Below are positions 58,876 to 64,000 of a stretch of 64,000 bases of DNA, one piece after another. Position 1 is the first letter of the stretch; each line of letters opens with the position of its first letter. The DNA lies in UHGV virus genome UHGV-0076293; one strand, 5' to 3'. The stretch comes from a virus. The translations under genes were made by a program, and so were the position numbers. A model generated the notes under the pieces. That model made no database searches. It worked only from the letters and a program-made list of their open reading frames with translations, and was not told where the DNA came from.

Positions 58876-59514
58876 ATGTCTTTTGTAATTGATTTCGACG
58901 TTGGCCACAGACAGAACTTACTTAATCTCGTTAGTTATTGTAACAGCGACAGTGTACGGAAAAAGCTTTCGGCTGAAAAGGTAGACGTTACGCTCGTCGG
59001 TGCCCCAACACCTGAAGGGCGCTATAAGGTAAAGTTAACGAACCGTAACGACATAAACGATGCGGTACTGATTACCTACACAAAGCTTCAACTGAACGAC
59101 TTCCTTGAGATTCCCGCCAAGTATCTGGATTGGTTTGATTTCGAAAACGGTCAACCTAAGAACTACGATACGTGGGCAGCTTCCGCTAAAGTCGCTGTAG
59201 AGAAAATGTGCCAAGACCGAGGTATGGTGTTATCGCGCGCTTGGGACACCGGTTCACAGTGTCATGTTGAGTTTGACGAGTCTATCGAACGGTATGTGGT
59301 TGTTTACGAGTGCGACTCTTTTATTTATAGTGCGAGAAACCGATTCATCTTACCTCTACACTTAGGGCAGGTGATTAACGACACGACATTAGACGGTCTT
59401 AATTACAATAACGAACTGAACAAGAAACCATTGGCGGATTTGGACGGTGAGTTAGAAGTGTGGATGGGTCAGGCGTTGGCTGAGACAGTAGTCTTAAGCG
59501 GCCTGGAAGTGTAA
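58876..59514 (+). CDS. hypothetical protein
   Basis: ATG at 58876 with ACGGAG RBS (track begins 58852). Confidence 0.45.
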   Translation: MSFVIDFDVGHRQNLLNLVSYCNSDSVRKKLSAEKVDVTLVGAPTPEGRYKVKLTNRNDINDAVLITYTKLQLNDFLEIPAKYLDWFDFENGQPKNYDTWAASAKVAVEKMCQDRGMVLSRAWDTGSQCHVEFDESIERYVVVYECDSFIYSARNRFILPLHLGQVINDTTLDGLNYNNELNKKPLADLDGELEVWMGQALAETVVLSGLEV

Positions 59515-59526
59515 TAGTAACGGTGT

Positions 59527-59569
59527 GTAGAGAGAGCTTTCGGGCTCTCTCTACTTTTCTTTTTTTTTT
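59527..59569 (+). terminator. strong intrinsic terminator (gtagagagagc-tttcg-ggctctctctac + T-run)
   Basis: 11-bp stem + T13. Confidence 0.75.
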
Positions 59570-59598
59570 CATTATCGACGGTCTTTATGGAGGTGACT

Positions 59599-60153
59599 AT
59601 GAAAGAATATAGAATTGCGATCATCGGGTCTCGAGAAACACCGGAAGACGTTATGCAGGAAATGTTAGAAACGTTACGGGAAGGGTTTCGAATCTTACGA
59701 AAGAAAGGCTACACGATTACCACCCGTTCTGGAGGGTGTTATAAAGGCCCAGACCAACTTCAGTTTATGATAGCACGTACCGAGGACGTTAAGAGCGTTT
59801 GTTATCTGCCGGATGAAAAGAAAATGTGGTTAGGGAAAATACACCCTAAGGTAGAGTTTCGTTATATCCCACAAGACGTTCAGTATCGTGCAGTTGTTGC
59901 TTCACTCCACCCAAACCCAGATAAGCTCTCACCGATTGCCTGGGCGTTACACGGTCGTAATCTGAACATCATCGCAGGTGACCGCTTAGACGAACCGGTA
60001 GACGCAGTATATTACTTTAGCGACCACGACAAACACGGAAACGCAAAGGGTGGTACTGCGATGGGTGTAAAATACGCGAAGTCAATCGACGTTCCTTGTT
60101 ACTATCATACCGCCGATCGAGATAAGTGGTTGGAAAGTCTTCGTTTATTATGA
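59599..60153 (+). CDS. DprA/Smf-like (SLOG-type Rossmann) protein, putative
   Basis: IAIIGSRETP...TRSGGCYKGPD...GGT resembles DprA/SLOG GSR, SGxAxGxD and GGT motifs; ATG 59599 with GGAGGTGA RBS (track begins 59587). Confidence 0.35.
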   Translation: MKEYRIAIIGSRETPEDVMQEMLETLREGFRILRKKGYTITTRSGGCYKGPDQLQFMIARTEDVKSVCYLPDEKKMWLGKIHPKVEFRYIPQDVQYRAVVASLHPNPDKLSPIAWALHGRNLNIIAGDRLDEPVDAVYYFSDHDKHGNAKGGTAMGVKYAKSIDVPCYYHTADRDKWLESLRLL

Positions 60154-60276
60154 ACTTGACTTTAACCGCGTAGTTGAGTTCAGCGATTCACCGTGTGATG
60201 GGAACAGAAGTTACTGCGTATCCGTTAGCAGGGTGAACTGGGTAAAAGTAAGATCAAAGCAAACGAGTAAATTATC

Positions 60277-61410
60277 ATGTCAACGTTAGATAGCGACTTA
60301 GAAGTGCTTTGTGACGATTACGACCGACTCGTAGCGTTAGAATCCATTGGAGTAAAAGACAATTATCCGGCTATCGTTGCTATCCGTAAACGTTGGCTTT
60401 TGGATGATGTGGTTGTTGCGTCAGAGTCTGCGGCCATGATGCATCGTGCGCAGTTTTTGTCAGACACGGAACCTGATAAAGGGATTGGCAAAGCGGCGGC
60501 GCGACTCACCGGTCGTGCGGTTCGTGGCGTAAGTCGGGTAGCAGGACGTGCTGCCAGTGCAGGTGCAAAAGCATCAGCGAACTTTGCAGGTAAACATTCC
60601 AAACAACTTGCTTTACGTTTTGTGGATTTTGCTGAGGCTGCCGGTAAAGAAGTCATTAAGGAATTAAAAGAAGCGACGTCTAAAACGACGACCTTAGAAC
60701 GCAAACTGCAAAAGTTAACCGCACGTCTAAGTTTAATCGGTGACAAAGACACTTTAAAACCGGTTGACTGCGACACGGGAAGTTGGACGACCAAAGTCTG
60801 TTTAGAAGACAAACCTAACGTAAAAGCATGTATTGAGTTCAGTAAGAACCTGAACGCAATGGATGCGATGGTCAACGAGTATACCGTTAAAACACGCACC
60901 ATTATCGGTAAGAGCAAGAAAGTTACCGAGAGTGGTTTGGAGAAAGTAGGCCGGTCAACGAACTGGGCGATTAAACGTAGCGCAGGATTGTTCGGTATTA
61001 TTGATCCGTTTAAAACGGTGAAAGCATATCCGTGGCCAGGTAACGTGGTGGTCGTTGAACACGACAGCGGTAAGATTGAGTGGGCGATTGCCCGTGATGG
61101 TGATTTTGGCCACACAATCAAATCGCTGAACTTACACGAAATCGGTTCAGCACTCGATGCCGTTAGAAACATTATCCGTGCTTTACGTCAGCGTGGTACG
61201 AAACGACGTAGCGTTGGTTATACCGGTATTTACGATGAAATTCAGCGAATGAAAAAAGAACTGAAATCGTTAGACGGTCGTGAGTTACGTGACGCTACCG
61301 TTCGGTATAAGAACGCACTGCGTTTAGAAGATGCGTTTACTACCTCGTTAGTGCGTGTTGCGGAAGGCTTACTGGAATGGTGCAGGTTGTCGCTGATTGA
61401 GGTTAAATAA
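60277..61410 (+). CDS. hypothetical protein (377 aa)
   Basis: ORF; Ala/Arg-rich region ARLTGRAVRGVSRVAGRAASAGAKASA. Confidence 0.5.
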   Translation: MSTLDSDLEVLCDDYDRLVALESIGVKDNYPAIVAIRKRWLLDDVVVASESAAMMHRAQFLSDTEPDKGIGKAAARLTGRAVRGVSRVAGRAASAGAKASANFAGKHSKQLALRFVDFAEAAGKEVIKELKEATSKTTTLERKLQKLTARLSLIGDKDTLKPVDCDTGSWTTKVCLEDKPNVKACIEFSKNLNAMDAMVNEYTVKTRTIIGKSKKVTESGLEKVGRSTNWAIKRSAGLFGIIDPFKTVKAYPWPGNVVVVEHDSGKIEWAIARDGDFGHTIKSLNLHEIGSALDAVRNIIRALRQRGTKRRSVGYTGIYDEIQRMKKELKSLDGRELRDATVRYKNALRLEDAFTTSLVRVAEGLLEWCRLSLIEVK

Positions 61411-61877
61411 TGCGTATCACTATTATTCTCAAACCCGACAGTAAATACGGAAAGTTATACGGCGACCAGGTACTCAAACTGCACAACATGCTGTTCGCAG
61501 AAGAGAAAGTGCGTATTAGTCAGTTAACCGGCCGTGACACGTTCAACCCCATCGAACGTTTAGAAGAGATTTGGCCTCAAGATTATCTCTGTGCGTGTGC
61601 GGTAGGTGACAACGAACAGCTTCTGGGATTTATGACGTTCTCATTGGGTTCTTGCTCAAAAGACACGTTTGTTTACATCGGGAATTACTATGTGATTCCT
61701 GAAGCACGTTCTCAAGGGGTAGGGCGTGCGCTTATGGACAAAGTCCGTGAATACGGAAAGTCCAAAGGTTGTGGTTGGATGAGTCTGGATGTGTTAGACA
61801 ACAACGTTAAAGCTATCTCCTTGTATGAGAAAATGGGATTCCGTACCGAATGCAGGGAAATGATAAAGGAAATCTAA
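61410..61877 (+). CDS. GNAT-family N-acetyltransferase
   Basis: YVIPEARSQGVGRALMDKVREYGKSKGCGWMSLDVLDNNVKAISLYEKMGF: canonical GNAT motif A/B; 155 aa. Confidence 0.65.
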   Translation: MRITIILKPDSKYGKLYGDQVLKLHNMLFAEEKVRISQLTGRDTFNPIERLEEIWPQDYLCACAVGDNEQLLGFMTFSLGSCSKDTFVYIGNYYVIPEARSQGVGRALMDKVREYGKSKGCGWMSLDVLDNNVKAISLYEKMGFRTECREMIKEI

Positions 61878-61878
61878 A

Positions 61879-62511
61879 ATGGCTGCAAGATTCGTACCGT
61901 TTCACGACGGGTCTAGATATACTTTTGGTGTAGAGCGTTACGCTGTGGGTTTTCGTCCTGGTTGGAGAGTGGTACGAATCGATAAAACGTGTTGGTGTTT
62001 ACCGACCAGCATTTTTGATTACTTTACACCTGAAGCTTTAACGCGGTTTGTTTCTCTGGGTTCACCCACGCAACGTGCTGCGTGGGAAAAGAATATTCGT
62101 TGCCGTTATTTGGGTAAAACACGAAACGCGACGGTACGTGGTGTTTATCATGTAGGGAGTCGTTGGTTACACGTTGAGCCAACACATCCCCGTTGTGCCG
62201 TCACGCCCTTTAACGGTGAATATCATGGTCAGGTGTATACGGGGTTACATTTTGCGTTCCCGGATAACCCTGACCTTAATTATTTTCTGGCTACCCCGAA
62301 AGACGTTACATTAGCCACGTTCTATAAATACCTTTTGTTCTATCCTGCCTACGTCGTTGCAGAATACGAACACAAAGCATTTCCTCTGCCTTACGGTAGA
62401 GACAGGAGATTAGCAGGATGTTCTATCGAGAACTTCAGCAATACACCGACGCTCTCCGAAAAGCGACCATTGATGCTCACAACAACCTCAGAGATGTCGT
62501 TAGCGTTATAG
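61879..62511 (+). CDS. hypothetical protein; 3' end overlaps the next gene by ~94 nt
   Basis: ORF; low-complexity C-terminal extension in the overlap. Confidence 0.45.
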   Translation: MAARFVPFHDGSRYTFGVERYAVGFRPGWRVVRIDKTCWCLPTSIFDYFTPEALTRFVSLGSPTQRAAWEKNIRCRYLGKTRNATVRGVYHVGSRWLHVEPTHPRCAVTPFNGEYHGQVYTGLHFAFPDNPDLNYFLATPKDVTLATFYKYLLFYPAYVVAEYEHKAFPLPYGRDRRLAGCSIENFSNTPTLSEKRPLMLTTTSEMSLAL

Positions 62512-62789
62512 AACAGTGTTCGGATGTATTGTATGCGGAAACGATTGAAACGCCAACCCACGACGGTGTGAAATCGCTCCAGCTACACGTTTGTAGTAAA
62601 CACGGCAGTCTGTCGTTAAACTTCCGTGTAGGTTTAGATTATTACATGGTTCGTAAGAGCTATTTAAGTTGTGACGGTGACCTCTATCCGGTTGTCTGGA
62701 ACAACGATTATTCTAAGTTTGTTTATCCACTTGAAGAACACCGACGCACGGTTTATGAATTTGTGAAAGCTGTTCTCGAGGGGTTCTAA
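62418..62789 (+). CDS. hypothetical protein (123 aa)
   Basis: ATG with GGAGA RBS. Confidence 0.45.
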   Translation: MFYRELQQYTDALRKATIDAHNNLRDVVSVIEQCSDVLYAETIETPTHDGVKSLQLHVCSKHGSLSLNFRVGLDYYMVRKSYLSCDGDLYPVVWNNDYSKFVYPLEEHRRTVYEFVKAVLEGF

Positions 62790-62802
62790 AGAGGGTATTG
62801 TG

Positions 62803-63408
62803 ATGTCAGAGATGATTCTCGACTCATTACTGCTGATTACGGTGGCGTATATCAACAAAACCGGTAAGCTACCAAAGCGTGGGGTGACGATTGAACGGGA
62901 GGGGTTTAAGCACCGCTACCCGTTAACGAAAGTTCTCGATTTGGCAGCGCGGTTAGCGAAGATGCGTAGACCGACGTCAGACGCAGCACCGAAGTACGTA
63001 TTAGTGGTACTTCAACGTGCGATTTCTGAAGTTCGTCGTGCGCGTCGTCGTGCCTCGTTTCGCTTTTATCCAAACTCTACGCAACAGGTTGTGGGGGTCT
63101 ATAACGAAATGGTTGTTGATTTACGTACCGAACACTGTAACGTTACGGGACTTGCGTATAACCGCCTCAAACGCATTCTGGACAACTCAGACGCGTTTAC
63201 CACACCGCAAGAAGGCCAAGCGGCTTTAGCGCTTCTACGTGGCGCTGAGCTCGTTATTGTGGACACCGCAGTACAGGCCGCAAGAATGCAGCACTATCTT
63301 GCTAAGCAAGGGTTAGTTATACTGTGTGTACCGTCTGCACAGGCTGCTAATCTTACCGCACCGGAAACGTCAGAAGTGTGGAGTGGTCCGATTGTTGACC
63401 ATCAATAA
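62803..63408 (+). CDS. hypothetical protein
   Basis: ATG at 62803 with AGAGGG RBS (track begins at GTG 62800). Confidence 0.5.
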   Translation: MSEMILDSLLLITVAYINKTGKLPKRGVTIEREGFKHRYPLTKVLDLAARLAKMRRPTSDAAPKYVLVVLQRAISEVRRARRRASFRFYPNSTQQVVGVYNEMVVDLRTEHCNVTGLAYNRLKRILDNSDAFTTPQEGQAALALLRGAELVIVDTAVQAARMQHYLAKQGLVILCVPSAQAANLTAPETSEVWSGPIVDHQ

Positions 63409-63415
63409 AACCTTA

Positions 63416-63449
63416 CCCCTACCGTTAGGTAGGGGCGGGTTTCTTTTTT
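63416..63449 (+). terminator. intrinsic terminator (cccctacc-gtta-ggtagggg + T-run)
   Basis: 8-bp stem + tttcttttttat. Confidence 0.65.
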
Positions 63450-63546
63450 ATCCTAAAATTTATTACAACCAATAGCTATTATGTGAACGCCGGTATGGAA
63501 TAAAGAAGTATCGGTTTAAATTTTTGTGCGTAAAGGTAAAACAATA

Positions 63547-64000
63547 ATGCTTAAGACAGTGTCTATTGATGGCCCTGACTTTTCTGGGAAATCGACGTTG
63601 TGCAAAATAGTAAAAGGTATGCTGGAATCTGCGGGGTTAAAGGTCTGCATCCGTAATCACCCTACGACGGAGACCGAAGCGGGTATCCGCGCACGCAGTT
63701 TAGTCGTTCAGTCCGCAGCAAAAGCAAAAATTGCTGAAGCGATGTGCGACGATTTCCTCCACACGCTAGACCATGTTGTTGACGATTACGATGTTGTTAT
63801 TTTCGACAGGTTCTGTCCCTCTACAATCGTTTACCAGGGCGTCGACGGTAAAGACGAAGTTTTCCGACGCAAGCTAACGCGTCATTTCCACGCGCCAGAT
63901 TTATACGTTTGGACAGATGTGGATTACGACGGCGCAGTAGCACGCTTTAAGAAACGAGTAGAAGAACAAGGTAAGAATTGGGACGATGAAGTTCTTACCG
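63547..64000 (+). CDS. tmk: thymidylate (dTMP) kinase, 3' end beyond window
   Basis: P-loop GPDFSGKST and VIFDRFCPSTIVYQG matching Tmk P-loop and DR(Y/F)..S..AYQG region; ORF runs to window end. Confidence 0.7.
   Translation, partial: MLKTVSIDGPDFSGKSTLCKIVKGMLESAGLKVCIRNHPTTETEAGIRARSLVVQSAAKAKIAEAMCDDFLHTLDHVVDDYDVVIFDRFCPSTIVYQGVDGKDEVFRRKLTRHFHAPDLYVWTDVDYDGAVARFKKRVEEQGKNWDDEVLT

Noticed and set aside
60154-60276. sigma70-like promoter (TTGACT) in the gap before 60277
   Set aside because: No acceptable -10 hexamer at 16-18 nt spacing; likely coincidental
1-64000. CRISPR array, integrase, transposase or attachment-site repeats
   Set aside because: No regularly spaced direct repeats and no recombinase or transposase-like ORF seen; the duplicated 45-nt element is a terminator cassette, not a CRISPR repeat

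Overview
The window reads as a densely packed bacteriophage genome segment, not a bacterial chromosome. About 65 ORFs are tightly spaced or overlapping, mostly on the + strand, with five minus-strand blocks and more than 20 hairpin-plus-T-run intrinsic terminators. From motifs I can read directly, it encodes a split multisubunit RNA polymerase (beta-like 1926-4166, beta-prime-like 4166-6265), a DExH helicase, a DnaQ-like exonuclease protein, an HExxH metallopeptidase, dihydrofolate reductase, a RuvC-like resolvase, two GNAT acetyltransferases, a DprA/SLOG-like protein and thymidylate kinase. The split RNAP plus a 761-aa codon-optimised putative capsid protein point to a phiKZ-like jumbo phage, possibly a nucleus-forming chimallivirus, of a Gram-negative host; this is inference, since no homology search was possible. 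Most other ORFs are hypothetical. The most unusual signals are Phe-Gly-rich disordered tails on two consecutive proteins at the window start, poly-Arg tails on two DNA enzymes, two conserved AT-rich promoter-like elements, an array of three small paralogous basic proteins each with its own terminator, tandem paralogs with identical 47-nt 5' ends, and a late-window accessory cluster. No rRNA, tRNA, CRISPR array or transposase was detected. Coordinates of hairpins and motifs are hand-counted and may be off by 1-2 nt.
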